Part shown: one piece after another, positions 50,328 to 60,285 of the stretch
Layout: the number at the start of each line of letters is the position of its first letter
Position numbering within the stretch: position 1 is the first letter of the stretch
NCBI GenBank assembly: GCA_043809585.1
Contig: JBDROZ010000039.1
Span: forward strand, 12,577-76,576
Direction: 5' to 3'
DNA from: Candidatus Eiseniibacteriota bacterium
GTDB lineage: Bacteria; Orphanbacterota; Orphanbacteria; Orphanbacterales; Orphanbacteraceae
DNA length: 64,000 nucleotides
Position numbers and translations under genes: made by a program
Notes under the pieces: model-generated
Database searches by the model: none
Told to the model about the DNA's origin: nothing
What the model saw: only the letters and a program-made list of their open reading frames with translations

Positions 50328-51166
50328 CGTCCGTCCCCTCCCGCCGCCGCTTCGAGAACCCGCCGGGTGAGGACCCCCGAAAGACGCCGTCGATAGGCGG
50401 CGCTCGCCCGCTGGTCGTCGATCGGTTTCGCCCTATCCCGGGCGATCTCCGACGCGCGCCGGAGGTTCTCTCCGCTCGGCGGCTTCCCTTCGAGGAAGCG
50501 CTCCGCCTCGGCGACGCGGATCGGCGTGGGCGCCGCCGCGCCGAGGGCGAGGCGGACCTCGGCGCACACCCCCTCTTCGATCCGGACGTAGGCCGCGGCG
50601 CTCACGACGGCGATGTCCCCCTCGGTCCGCCCCATCTTCGCCCACGCGGTCCGGGTACCGGAGGGGATCGCGGCGAAGCGGACCTCGACGAGCAGATCGG
50701 GCCCGAGGGCGCTCCGATGGGGGCCTTCGAACAGACCGCCCATGGCGATGGTTCTCGTCCCCTTCGCCCCGAGGGCGACCACGTCGGCGTTCAGCACGAG
50801 AAAAGGGGGCGCGAGATCGGCGGAGGGGACGGCGCTCGCGAGATTGCCCCCCACGGTCGCCATGTTCCGGATCTGCCAGGAGGCAAAGTCCCGGGCGGAG
50901 CTCCGGAGGAGCCCCCCGTCCGCCGCCGCGATCTCGTCCGACCGTAGCAGGTCGGTCACGGTGACGCCGGCGCCGATCACGATCCGGTCCCCCTCCCGGC
51001 GGATCTCCCGGGAGAGTCTCTTCACGTCGATCACGGAGCGGGGAGGCTCGGGCTCGCACAGAAGGTCGGTCCCGCCGGCGACGTACCGGGAGTCCGCCCC
51101 CTCCTCGCCTCGGAGACGGACCGCCTCTTCGGTCGACGAGGCTCTGCGATAGACTTCGATCGGCAT
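50324..51166 (-). CDS. FAD-binding subunit of an xdh/cox-family molybdopterin dehydrogenase (CoxM/YgfM-like)
   Basis: 280 aa. …YVAGGTDLL… and …ATVGGNLA… FAD-binding motifs. GGAAGGAGGGGAGG RBS. Confidence 0.85.
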   Translation of the reverse strand: MPIEVYRRASSTEEAVRLRGEEGADSRYVAGGTDLLCEPEPPRSVIDVKRLSREIRREGDRIVIGAGVTVTDLLRSDEIAAADGGLLRSSARDFASWQIRNMATVGGNLASAVPSADLAPPFLVLNADVVALGAKGTRTIAMGGLFEGPHRSALGPDLLVEVRFAAIPSGTRTAWAKMGRTEGDIAVVSAAAYVRIEEGVCAEVRLALGAAAPTPIRVAEAERFLEGKPPSGENLRRASEIARDRAKPIDDQRASAAYRRRLSGVLTRRVLEAAAGGDGR

Positions 51167-51363
51167 CCTCCCCTCCTTCCTACGACCTACGCAACAGCTT
51201 CGGCCGAGAGTCTACTTGTCGCCTAGATTAGCACGCCCCGGGCGGAGGAGGACAGAGGCTCCGCGCGAAAAGAGGGGGGCGCTCCTGTGATCGGGTAGGG
51301 TTCTCGGGGGGGTCCCGGAACGGAATCGACCCCGCGGAAAACCAAGAAGGCGAAGGCGGGAAC

Positions 51364-53367
51364 TCAGGGCTCCTGTTCGAGAGCGACGGAAACGAAGGAG
51401 GCGGCCTCTTTCGCGAGAACACCGGAGAGGAGGGAGCGGAGGGCCAGGTAGAAGCCGATGTCCGCGACGGCCCCCTCCGCCGCTTCGCCGGCGAGCCTCG
51501 TCTCCCGGGGGACCGTGTCGTCCCCGGCGAAGACCAGTTCCGCCGGGCCGTCGACGTAGAGGGCGGTCTCCCCGTCGACCAGCAGTTCGACGGTCCGCCC
51601 CTCCCGCCGGGCGAAGAGTCGAAGGGCCGCGGCGCTCCGCTCGACGAAGAAGCCCGGCCCCCGGTCCCGGTCGAACGAATCCCGGGAGAGGAAGAAACGG
51701 GGCTTTTCGACGTACGGCCCCCCCTCCTCGGGGCAGAAGACGTCGCAGTTCCCGCAGTCGTTGCAGAGGTCCGCCACGTTCCCGATCTGATGGGTCGGCC
51801 TCTTTCCCCCGCCCACGCGAAACGTGTTCTCCCTCTCCTCGGGGACGAGGCTTCCCCTCCGGACGACGAGGTTCCGGTAGCGCACTTCCCGCCGTTCGGT
51901 CTCGTAGGTGAAGTTCGCGTCGTTCGGGCAGACGGGCACGCACTTGTCGCAATTCACGCAGTCGAAAAGGGCGAGACGGCTCCCGATCTTCTTCGGGCCC
52001 CTCCGGTTCGACGGCGCCCCGTACCGGGGATCCCGCCGCGCTTCGTCCGCCCCCCGCCGGTGGTTCCGGAGCGACGCCTCTCTCACCTCCGATTCCGTTC
52101 CCCCTCCGGCCGCGCCGGGATCGTCGATCTTCCGGATGAACTCGCTCACCGTCCCGGCCCCCGCTTCCTCCATGGCCGCGATCAGGGCGTCGTGATACGC
52201 CCGGAGGCGGCCGTAGCCGCCGGGCCGGAGCAGATCGGTGCATGCCGTGACGGGGATGAATCCCGCCGCCACGGCGGCCGCGTAATTCTTCGCGTCGATG
52301 CCCGCCGAGAAGGAGACCGGCATGTCGGCGCCGGCCCTCTCCCGGAACCGGGCGGAGAGCTCCATCGCGATCACGTGAAGGGGCGCCCCGGAGAGGTACA
52401 TCTCTCGGTCGCCGAAGAACCCCTTGTGGTTTTCCACGACCAGGGTGTTCGTGAACTTGGCCCCCACCGTGAGCCCGGACTTCCGGCCCGTCTCCCGGAG
52501 TCGGCCGATCAGGTCGAGCCCCTCGTCGAAGGTGGGATCGCGATCGAAGGCGGAGCGGGGGGCACGGAGCTCGTCGTAGCCGAGGTCCCCCCGGACGATC
52601 TCCGTCACCTCGTCATACCCGAGCAGGGTCGGATTCATCTTGATCACCACGTGGAACCCCATCTCCTCCATCAGGTGAACGCCGATCGCCTCGATCTCGC
52701 CGGGGGGGCATCCGTGGAAGGTGGAGAGGGTGACGCAGTCGCCAATGCCGCTTTCCACGGGAACGTCGGCGAGATGCCGGAGCGAAGGGGGCAGATTCGA
52801 TCGAAGCTCCCGTCGCACGGCGTCGATCTCCGCGGAGGCGTCCTTCATCGTGCGGAGGAAGCGGGTCATCTTGGCGGACCGGATTCCGGCGAGATCGTAC
52901 CCGATGCTCACGTCGAAGAGGGTGTCCCCTTCGTTTTCGGGGAGGCCTTCGGGGATGCCCGCCTCCCGGAGCGCGGCGACGAGGACCTTCGCTTTCGCGT
53001 ATTCGTGGGCCGACTCGTGGACGAGGAGCTCCTGGGACCACTCGACGTTGAAGCCGACGGTCTGCATGTCGATGCAGGGGCGGGGGATCTCGAGACGGTC
53101 GAGGACCTGCACGGTCTTCAGCTCCAGGATCCTCGCCCCGCCGAGCCAGGCGAGGAGGATGTTCGGCGCGAGCTGGGTGTGGGGGCCCGCCGCGGGGCCG
53201 ACCGGAGTGGAGGCCCGCCCGCCGTGGAACGTGACCGAGAGGTCCCGGTCCCCCGCGCCGACGTAGAATCCCGATTCCGGGAGATCGAGGACCTTCCCCT
53301 CCCGCTCCCGCTGCCGGAGGGCGCGGAGGAGAATCAGGGATGGGGGGAGCGGGGTAAGAACGCTCAC
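51364..53367 (-). CDS. YgfK-like FeS flavoprotein (dihydropyrimidine-dehydrogenase-like TIM barrel plus 4Fe-4S ferredoxin domains; putative selenate-reductase-type partner of the xdh-family cluster)
   Basis: …LLAWLGGARILELKTVQVLD…, CVNCDKCVPVCP and CNDCGNCDVFCP. The likely start is GTG 53367 (GGAGGGAGG-7 nt), aligning with the E. coli YgfK N-terminus. The track ORF begins at 53451. Confidence 0.7.
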   Translation of the reverse strand: MSVLTPLPPSLILLRALRQREREGKVLDLPESGFYVGAGDRDLSVTFHGGRASTPVGPAAGPHTQLAPNILLAWLGGARILELKTVQVLDRLEIPRPCIDMQTVGFNVEWSQELLVHESAHEYAKAKVLVAALREAGIPEGLPENEGDTLFDVSIGYDLAGIRSAKMTRFLRTMKDASAEIDAVRRELRSNLPPSLRHLADVPVESGIGDCVTLSTFHGCPPGEIEAIGVHLMEEMGFHVVIKMNPTLLGYDEVTEIVRGDLGYDELRAPRSAFDRDPTFDEGLDLIGRLRETGRKSGLTVGAKFTNTLVVENHKGFFGDREMYLSGAPLHVIAMELSARFRERAGADMPVSFSAGIDAKNYAAAVAAGFIPVTACTDLLRPGGYGRLRAYHDALIAAMEEAGAGTVSEFIRKIDDPGAAGGGTESEVREASLRNHRRGADEARRDPRYGAPSNRRGPKKIGSRLALFDCVNCDKCVPVCPNDANFTYETERREVRYRNLVVRRGSLVPEERENTFRVGGGKRPTHQIGNVADLCNDCGNCDVFCPEEGGPYVEKPRFFLSRDSFDRDRGPGFFVERSAAALRLFARREGRTVELLVDGETALYVDGPAELVFAGDDTVPRETRLAGEAAEGAVADIGFYLALRSLLSGVLAKEAASFVSVALEQEP

Positions 53368-53540
53368 GGGGCTGCCTCCCTCCGGCCCTCCCGCCGCGGG
53401 CCTCGGCGGCGCGGCGTGATGACCGGTCGATGCCCTGTCTTCCGGCGGCATCCTATCACGAGGGGCCCGCCCGGAAAAGCGCCCGGAGTCCGGCGCCCTC
53501 CCCCCGGTCTGTGTATAATGCCTCCGAAGGGGGACCTCGC

Positions 53541-56500
53541 TTGCGGATCATCGCCGTCATTCTCGCCCTCGCCGCCGCGGGGGCCGTCGTGCTGGCGGAG
53601 CGCCCCTCCCTCCTTCCTTACGCGACGAATCAGATCACGCCCGCCAACCTCTACACCCTCCAGCAGAAGGTCCAGTGGACGGGGCCTCGGAAGATCCAGG
53701 TGCTCCGGACCGACCACTTCGACGTGTACATGGGGAGCACGGAAGAGCGGCTCGCGGCGAGGATCGCCGATATCGCCGAAGATTGGTATCCCCGCCTCGA
53801 GGCGCGGATGAATGTCCGATACGACTCCCTCGACGGGAGGAGCGAGCGGATCCCCCTCATCGGCTACACCTCCGCCACCCGGTTCCAGACGACGAACACG
53901 TCGCCCGGCATCGTGGGGGAGGGAGTGCAGGGATTCTTCGACTTGATCCGGGGACGGATCGTCATCCCCTTCACCGGATCGAACGAAATGCTGGGCCACG
54001 TGATCCGCCACGAGATGGTCCACTCCTTCACGCTCCCCCTTCTCGAGACATCGTGGAAACGGTACAAGGCGGACCGGGAGATCGTCACCTCCCGCCGGCA
54101 GACCTGGCAGGACCTCGTCTACCTCGCCCACCGCTTCACCGCCGCGGCGCCGGACGGCGTCTTTCCCCGTTTCGTGAAGGGGACGCTCTCTCCCGAGGAG
54201 GACGAGGTCGGCCTCCCCCCGCCGTCATTCGGCCCGGGACGTCTCCACCCGCGGATCTTCTTCGGATTCGAGGAGGGGGGCGGGAGGCGGCGGAGAGCGC
54301 GGATCACCGTCCGGCTCTCCTCCCCCCTCGAGGCGGCCTCCCTCGCCTCACTCGCGCCGGGCGAGATCGAAAGGCTCGCCCGGGCCCTCGCCGCCGCGGG
54401 AGGCGGACGCTCGTCGGCCCGGGTGATGACGAGAGAAGCGCCCTGGTCCGTACTCTCGGAGACGAACACGCTCTTCGACGAGGCCGTCCCGGCCGGCCGG
54501 GAGGCGAACCATCTGCACAGGCTCTTCGCGGAGGCGGCCCGTTTCGAGGCGGATGATCCGGGCTCCCATGAAGGGCCCTCCCGCCGGTCCCGGCTCGACC
54601 TCCTCGTCCTTCCGGGTGTGGATCCCGACCGCCTCCCCGAAGCGTACCGGCGGATCGCCCCGCTCTACGACGCGCTGTCGGCCGTCCCCTACGGCGGCCC
54701 GGTCGCCGAGGAGGACCGGCGCCCGTCGGCCGAACGGTTCGGGGCGGCGGAACGGGCCCTCTTCCGCTATGTGCCTCCCGACCTCAAGACCCGGAGCTTC
54801 CCCCTCGGCGTGCTCGAAGGGGTGGCCGAGTTCTATGCCGCCGACTGGAGCGATCTGAACGATCTCGTGCTCCGGGACCTGGTCCACGAGGGGCGGCTCA
54901 TCCCCTTCCAAGACCTCGGTCCCTGGCACGGTTACCTCGTCTACGTCGAAGGTCTCTCGTTCTTCCGGTTCCTCGCGGAACGGTTCGGCGAAGAGAAGGT
55001 GGGCGTCCTGCTCGAGAGCCTCTACCGGGGATACGGCCTCGGCGACGTCTTCGAGGCGGCCTTCGGCGTGGAACTGGAAGAGTTGAACCGGATGTGGGAG
55101 TTCGACCTCCGGCGGCGGATCCTCTCCCAGTTCCCGGACCAGCAGGACATCCGCGAGTACGCCACGGAAGTCGACGAAGAGGGGGTCTTCGACGGCCCCC
55201 CCCGGGCGGACGGCGGGCGTCTTCTCTTCAGCGCCTTCCGGAACGGCCGCGCCGAGCTGAGGGTTTATCGGGACGGAGAATGGTCGGGCCTCGCGCGGGA
55301 CCGGCTTCCGGGATTCGAGTCGCTTCACCTCGGCGATCCGGCCATCGACGTCCTCGGGGACCGGGCCGCCTTCGTGACCCTCTCGAAAGGCCGGGACGAG
55401 GTGGTGATCGTCTCCCTCCCCGAAGGGAGGATCGTCGAGCGCCGCCGTTTCGATTCGATCCTGACCATCGAGTCCCTCGCCCTCTCGCCCGACGGCGGCG
55501 AGGTGGTGATCGCGGCGCTGGGAGAAGAGGGGGGGAGCGACCTTTACCGGTTCCGTGTCGGAGAAGAGGGGATCGAGCGGATCACGAAGGACATTTACCA
55601 CGAGACCGACCTCGATTGGGGAGAAGGGGGAATCCTTTTCGCGGCGGACCGGGAAGTACTCGGCCGTTACGATCTCCATCGCATCCCGCCCGGGGGAGCG
55701 CCGGAACTTCTCCTCCGTCTCGACCGCTCGGCGACCGCCCCCCGCTGGCTCGGCGGCCGGGTCCTCTTCCTCACCCGGGCGGAGAACCGGCCGAAGAACG
55801 TGCATCTCTTCGACCCGGCCGCCTGGACGATCCGGCCCGTCACGAGGGACGCCGTGGGGATCTCCGGCTTCGACGTGGACGGCGACACGTTGTTCGTCCG
55901 GGCGAACCGGAGCCTCCGGTTCTCGATCTGGAAGACCTCCCTGACCGGCCTCCTCGAACCTCCGGCGCCGGAAACGGCCGCCGCTCCCCCCGGGGAAGTC
56001 ACCGAGTGGACATTGCCCGAGCCGGTGGCGTACGAGAAAAAGCCGTACTCGCGACGGTACGGGCCGGATCTCTTCTTCATCAGCGGGAGCGCGTTCTACA
56101 ACCAGTCCCTCCTCGGTCTCTCCGACATCCTCGGCGACCGGAAGATCGCGATCTTCATCGGCTCGAACGCGGACCGGACGTCGGACATCCTCAAGTTCCT
56201 CTCCGGCGGCGTGACCGTCCACGAACTCGGGGGGCGGGTGGACTGGCGGTACGGCGCGTTCCGCTACGCCGACGAGTACCTCACCGACGAGAGGGGCTTC
56301 TTCTTCCGGAAGGAGACGGGCGTGATCGGCGGCGTCACTTACCCCTTCGACCGCTTCCGCTCGGTGGGGCTCAATCTTCTGCTGAAACACGTGGGGGAGG
56401 AGGGGATCGGGGGATCGTCGGAGAGGAAATCGGGCGAGGTGACGGTCCAAGGCGTGATCGGCTACGACACGGCCGTGCCGGGACGGTTCGGCTACGGGTT

Positions 56501-57017
56501 CGGCGACGGTCTTCTGGCGAGCCTGATCTTCTCGACGGACATCGAGTTCACTCCGGAGAGGGATGTGCGGAACAGCACGGCCCTCGCCGACTTCCGCATC
56601 TACCGCCCCCTCGGAGCGGGTTTCCAGTGGGCCCAGCGCCTGTCGGGGGGCATTTCGGTGGGCGATTTCCCGCAGCAGATCCTGATCGGCGGATCCCTCA
56701 CGCTCCGGGGCTACGACTTCCTCTCCCTGCGGGGGGACCGCTACGCCCTGGCGAACGAGGAGGTCCGCTTCCCCCTCCCCCTCCGCCTCCTGGCCGGGAA
56801 TATGGCATTGATCTCCCGGCTCCAAGGGGCGGTGTTCGTCGACGTCGGGGACGCGTGGTTCCACGAGTTCGACCCGGTCTTCCGGGGCTCCGCCGGGTTC
56901 GGTCTCCGCACCGGATTCGGGGGGGCGGTCTTCCGGTGGGACCTGGCGAAGAAGTTCCTCCGCCGCGATTTCGCAGAGGGCTGGGAATCCGACTTCTTCC
57001 TCGGTTACAACTTCTGA
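53541..57017 (+). CDS. Large secreted/outer-membrane protein: HExxH metallopeptidase-like N-domain, beta-propeller-like middle region, C-terminal Omp85/ShlB-type beta-barrel
   Basis: Probable TTG start 53541 (AAGGGGGA RBS) gives a signal peptide LRIIAVILALAAAGAVVLA. HEMVH at …GHVIRHEMVHSF…. Repeated LYR/VxxSPDG beta-strand-like segments. C-terminus …FRWDLAKKF…SDFFLGYNF ends in Phe as in OM beta-barrels. Confidence 0.7.
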   Translation: MRIIAVILALAAAGAVVLAERPSLLPYATNQITPANLYTLQQKVQWTGPRKIQVLRTDHFDVYMGSTEERLAARIADIAEDWYPRLEARMNVRYDSLDGRSERIPLIGYTSATRFQTTNTSPGIVGEGVQGFFDLIRGRIVIPFTGSNEMLGHVIRHEMVHSFTLPLLETSWKRYKADREIVTSRRQTWQDLVYLAHRFTAAAPDGVFPRFVKGTLSPEEDEVGLPPPSFGPGRLHPRIFFGFEEGGGRRRRARITVRLSSPLEAASLASLAPGEIERLARALAAAGGGRSSARVMTREAPWSVLSETNTLFDEAVPAGREANHLHRLFAEAARFEADDPGSHEGPSRRSRLDLLVLPGVDPDRLPEAYRRIAPLYDALSAVPYGGPVAEEDRRPSAERFGAAERALFRYVPPDLKTRSFPLGVLEGVAEFYAADWSDLNDLVLRDLVHEGRLIPFQDLGPWHGYLVYVEGLSFFRFLAERFGEEKVGVLLESLYRGYGLGDVFEAAFGVELEELNRMWEFDLRRRILSQFPDQQDIREYATEVDEEGVFDGPPRADGGRLLFSAFRNGRAELRVYRDGEWSGLARDRLPGFESLHLGDPAIDVLGDRAAFVTLSKGRDEVVIVSLPEGRIVERRRFDSILTIESLALSPDGGEVVIAALGEEGGSDLYRFRVGEEGIERITKDIYHETDLDWGEGGILFAADREVLGRYDLHRIPPGGAPELLLRLDRSATAPRWLGGRVLFLTRAENRPKNVHLFDPAAWTIRPVTRDAVGISGFDVDGDTLFVRANRSLRFSIWKTSLTGLLEPPAPETAAAPPGEVTEWTLPEPVAYEKKPYSRRYGPDLFFISGSAFYNQSLLGLSDILGDRKIAIFIGSNADRTSDILKFLSGGVTVHELGGRVDWRYGAFRYADEYLTDERGFFFRKETGVIGGVTYPFDRFRSVGLNLLLKHVGEEGIGGSSERKSGEVTVQGVIGYDTAVPGRFGYGFGDGLLASLIFSTDIEFTPERDVRNSTALADFRIYRPLGAGFQWAQRLSGGISVGDFPQQILIGGSLTLRGYDFLSLRGDRYALANEEVRFPLPLRLLAGNMALISRLQGAVFVDVGDAWFHEFDPVFRGSAGFGLRTGFGGAVFRWDLAKKFLRRDFAEGWESDFFLGYNF

Positions 57018-57281
57018 TTCGCGGGCCGGGAGCGATTCCTACTGCGGCCGAGGATCGCGGGCTACGGGGCGATTCTTCCTTCGGCGCCCTCCTCGACATA
57101 GCTTCGGCTATGCCTCCGGGGGGCGCCTCGTCCAGAATCACCCCTCGCCCCGCTCCCTCCCGGCCTCGCAACGGAATCCCTCCCGGTCCGCGAATCTCTG
57201 TTGCCCGGACGGACATCGAAGTCCACCACAACCGCCGACAGACCAAGAGAGGAGTCCGAGGAAGATGACAGTTTCGGGCTC

Positions 57282-57668
57282 TTACTTCCCCCCCACCGGG
57301 ACGGGGTTGCCGTCGTCGTCGACGGCGACGAAGACGACTTCGGCGTCGGTGACGTGGACGACGTCGGACGGATTCCGGCGGCGCTCGGCCTCGACGTAGA
57401 CCTTGGTGTGGATCGACGTGGTCCCCACCTTGGTGATGTCGGCGTAGAAGGAGACGAGGTCCCCCACGTAGACCGGTTTCCGGAAGATCACCTCGTGCAT
57501 GGAGACGGTGACCACGTTGTGGGTCGTCACGCGCCGGGTCGCCACGGCGGCGGCCTGGTCGATCAGGGAGAGAATGATCCCGCCGAAGATGGTCCCGTAC
57601 GGATTGGTGTCCCGCGGGAGCAGGGTGATCCGGATCGCGGGGTTGTTCTGGGCTTTCGATTCCGACAT
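57282..57668 (-). CDS. Acyl-CoA thioesterase (hotdog fold, YciA-like)
   Basis: Internal ATG 57668 after GAGGAG: MSESKAQNNPAIRITLLPRDTNPYGTIFGGIILSLIDQAAAVA…. Confidence 0.8.
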   Translation of the reverse strand: MSESKAQNNPAIRITLLPRDTNPYGTIFGGIILSLIDQAAAVATRRVTTHNVVTVSMHEVIFRKPVYVGDLVSFYADITKVGTTSIHTKVYVEAERRRNPSDVVHVTDAEVVFVAVDDDGNPVPVGGK

Positions 57669-57693
57669 GAAGACTCCTCGATCCCGCCCGGGC

Positions 57694-58752
57694 TCACGAC
57701 CCCGCCGGGCCTCCCGCGGCGAGAACATACTGGGCGACCACGTAGGTCACGTAGATCAGGACGAGGGGGACTCCGTAACGGCGGCGAAAGGTCCCCCTCT
57801 TTATCGACAGGCGAATGAAGATCCGGAAGAGGCCGAGGATGACGATCATCGCCGGCAGGTGAAGCTGGAGGAAGATCCTCGGCACCGCCGAATGGGGGTC
57901 CACGATCGGCAGGGGCGCCGCGGCGGCGGCGGCGCCGACCACGAAGAGCACGTTCAGCACGTCCGCGCCGATCACATTCCCCACGAGCAGATCCCCGTGT
58001 CCCCGGCGGATGCTCGTCATGGCGACGACCAGCTCCGGAAGGGACGTGCCGAGGGCGACGAGGGTCGCGGCGATCACCACCTGGGGAACGCCCCAGCGCT
58101 CGGCGAGGAAGGTGACGGCGCAGATGAGCACGCGGCTCGAGAGGATCACGATTAGAAGACCGCCGGCGACGAGGGCGGCGAAGAAGGGCGCCCCCCGGTC
58201 CCCGGCGGAGGGGACCCTCTCCTCCACGCCGCCCGGATGGCGGCGGCTCCACCGGACGGAAACAACCAGATAGGCGACGAGAAGGGCGAGGAGAACCAGC
58301 CCGATCCCCCGTCCGAGGGCGGCGGCGTCCCCGTCCCGCGCAAGGGCGCCGTAGCAGAACGCCGCGAGGAGCAGGCCCGCCCCGAACTGCACCCACCCCT
58401 GGCGCCTCAAGATGAAGCGGTCCGCGGGGAGAACGGCGAGCAGGCAGGCGAGTCCGAAAATGAGACCGGTGTCGGCCACGATGGAGCCGACCGCGTTTCC
58501 GAGGGCGAGGCCCGGCTCCCCCGCCCACGCCGCCATGACCGAGACGGCCGCCTCGGGGCTCGTGGTTCCGAGAGAGACCACGGTCGCGCCGATCACGACC
58601 TTCGACACGCCGAGGCGCCGGGCGAGACCGGAAGCGCCCTGAACGACCGCGTCCGCCCCGCGGATGAGGACGGCGATGGCCGCGGCGGAAAGGAGGAGCA
58701 GCGCCGCCGTCGGGAGGCCCTCGAACCAGCTTTGGGGAATCAGATGTTCCAT
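57694..58752 (-). CDS. Ca2+/Na+:cation antiporter (CaCA family, YrbG-like)
   Basis: Internal ATG 58752 ([21 protein letters not shown]…). Two alpha-repeat motifs GTTSPE / GTSLPEL. 10 TM. Confidence 0.8.
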   Translation of the reverse strand: MEHLIPQSWFEGLPTAALLLLSAAAIAVLIRGADAVVQGASGLARRLGVSKVVIGATVVSLGTTSPEAAVSVMAAWAGEPGLALGNAVGSIVADTGLIFGLACLLAVLPADRFILRRQGWVQFGAGLLLAAFCYGALARDGDAAALGRGIGLVLLALLVAYLVVSVRWSRRHPGGVEERVPSAGDRGAPFFAALVAGGLLIVILSSRVLICAVTFLAERWGVPQVVIAATLVALGTSLPELVVAMTSIRRGHGDLLVGNVIGADVLNVLFVVGAAAAAAPLPIVDPHSAVPRIFLQLHLPAMIVILGLFRIFIRLSIKRGTFRRRYGVPLVLIYVTYVVAQYVLAAGGPAGS

Positions 58753-58821
58753 CGCGGGGGAGTGTAGCCGATCGGATGGGGCCGGAAAAGGGAAAGGCCC
58801 GCCCCCCCCCCTTCTTCCGGC

Positions 58822-58850
58822 TTGACACGCTTTTGGGGATCGACTACACT
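58822..58850 (+). promoter_or_regulatory. Candidate sigma70 promoter TTGACA-17-TACACT upstream of the 3D-domain lipoprotein gene
   Basis: TTGACA at 58822-58827 and TACACT at 58845-58850. It is followed by an unusually AT-rich about 140-nt leader. Confidence 0.4.
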
Positions 58851-58999
58851 TCCTCGGTGGTTGGAGCCGGTGGTTTTCCGGCATGGAGGGAGTCAGCTTA
58901 ACTTCAGTAAAAACATATCCATAGATTAATTCACTTGTCGTTTTGCATTAAAGCCAACCCATCCGGTTGGTTTTCGTGGTTTAAGGAGAAGGTCTCGAG

Positions 59000-59575
59000 A
59001 TGAAGGCCGAAGAACCGAAAAAGAGGCGCTTGATTCGGCTCGGGGCCCGGGTGGCGTTGCCCGCCTTCGCCCTGCTCGCCGCCTGCGCCGGGGACCATCC
59101 CCCGCCCGCCACGCCCGCCGCGCCGGTGGCGTATGCCTGTCCGGACAAACCGGAGGCGGGAGATTACCGCCTCGGCCGGATGAAGCGGTTCACCCTCCTC
59201 CCCCCCCTTCAGGTCGTCGTCACCGGTTACTCGTCCACGCCGGAGCAGACCGATTCGACCCCCTTCCTGACCGCGTCGATGACTCAGGTCCGGCCGGGGG
59301 TGATCGCCCTCTCCCGAGATCTGATCCGCACCTACAATCCGAAGGCCCCCTTCCGCTACGGCGACCGGGTCCGGGTCGAGGGAATCGGCGAGTTCATCGT
59401 GGAAGACACGATGCACGAGCGGTATCAGAGGCGGGCGGACATCTGGTTCGAGTCGGTCGAAGAGGCGGTCCGGTGGGGGAGGAAGATGCTCCGGATCTCC
59501 CTCCTGGCGCAGGCGGAGGTCAACGGCACCCCTTCCGGTTCCGCTCGTAGAGAAGCTTCAGCCCCTTCAGGGTAA
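59000..59575 (+). CDS. Lipoprotein with a 3D (MltA-like/YuiC-like) domain
   Basis: AAGGAGAAGG RBS. Lipobox LLAACAG. …VVVTGYSSTPEQTDSTPFLTASMTQVRPGVIALSRDLI…GDRVRVEGIGEFIVEDTM… is the 3D-domain signature. The tail overlaps coaX convergently. Confidence 0.75.
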   Translation: MKAEEPKKRRLIRLGARVALPAFALLAACAGDHPPPATPAAPVAYACPDKPEAGDYRLGRMKRFTLLPPLQVVVTGYSSTPEQTDSTPFLTASMTQVRPGVIALSRDLIRTYNPKAPFRYGDRVRVEGIGEFIVEDTMHERYQRRADIWFESVEEAVRWGRKMLRISLLAQAEVNGTPSGSARREASAPSG

Positions 59576-60284
59576 GATCCTCATCCACGAGATCCACGGC
59601 CCCGCAACGGGGGGCGACGAGATCGGCGAGCCCGCCGGTGGCGATCGTGAGGGCCTCCCCCATCTCCTTCTTCATTCTCTCGATCATCCCGTCCGCGAGG
59701 GCCACGGCCCCCCACAGGCCGCCGGAGCGGAGGCATTCTTCCGTACTCCTGCCGATGACCCGGTCGGTGAAACGGAGGTCGGGCTCGAAGAGCGTCGCCC
59801 CCCGCCGGGCCACCGCCTCCGCGGCGGTCAAGACGCCGGCCGCGATCGCCCCCCCGAGGAACTCCCCCTCCGCCGATACGGCGCTGAATGTCGTCGCCGT
59901 CCCGAAGTCGACGACGATCACGGCCCCCCCGTCCGCCGCGGCCCGGCCCGCCACGGCGCCGGCGATCCGGTCCGGCCCGAGTTCGGCGGGGCGCTTGTAG
60001 CGGAGGTGGAGACCGTGGTCCATGAGGGGCCCGGCGACCACCGGCTCCTCTCCTCCGAGCCGGGCGAGCGCTTCCGTCGCAAGGGAAGTGAGAGGGGGCA
60101 CCACGCAGGAGAGGGCGCCCCCCCCCGACACCCCTTCGGCCATCTCGGCGAGACGGGCCCACGTCCTCTCCGGATGTCGGACGAGGCGCGACGTCTCGAC
60201 CATCCCGAGCCTCCGCACCTCTTCCCCCTCTCCGAAACGGGCGAGGACGGCGGTGGAGTTTCCGATGTCGAGGGCGAGCGGCAT
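59520..60284 (-). CDS. coaX: Type III pantothenate kinase
   Basis: 254 aa. MPLALDIGNSTAV… …VIVVDFGTATTFSAV… …GGLADLV…. Confidence 0.85.
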   Translation of the reverse strand: MPLALDIGNSTAVLARFGEGEEVRRLGMVETSRLVRHPERTWARLAEMAEGVSGGGALSCVVPPLTSLATEALARLGGEEPVVAGPLMDHGLHLRYKRPAELGPDRIAGAVAGRAAADGGAVIVVDFGTATTFSAVSAEGEFLGGAIAAGVLTAAEAVARRGATLFEPDLRFTDRVIGRSTEECLRSGGLWGAVALADGMIERMKKEMGEALTIATGGLADLVAPRCGAVDLVDEDLTLKGLKLLYERNRKGCR

Positions 60285-60285
60285 C

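Noticed and set aside
58857-58999. c-di-AMP (ydaO-type) riboswitch in the leader of the 3D-domain gene
   Set aside because: I could not find the conserved motif blocks I associate with ydaO. The leader is AT-rich and short. Left as an unspecified attenuator-like leader.
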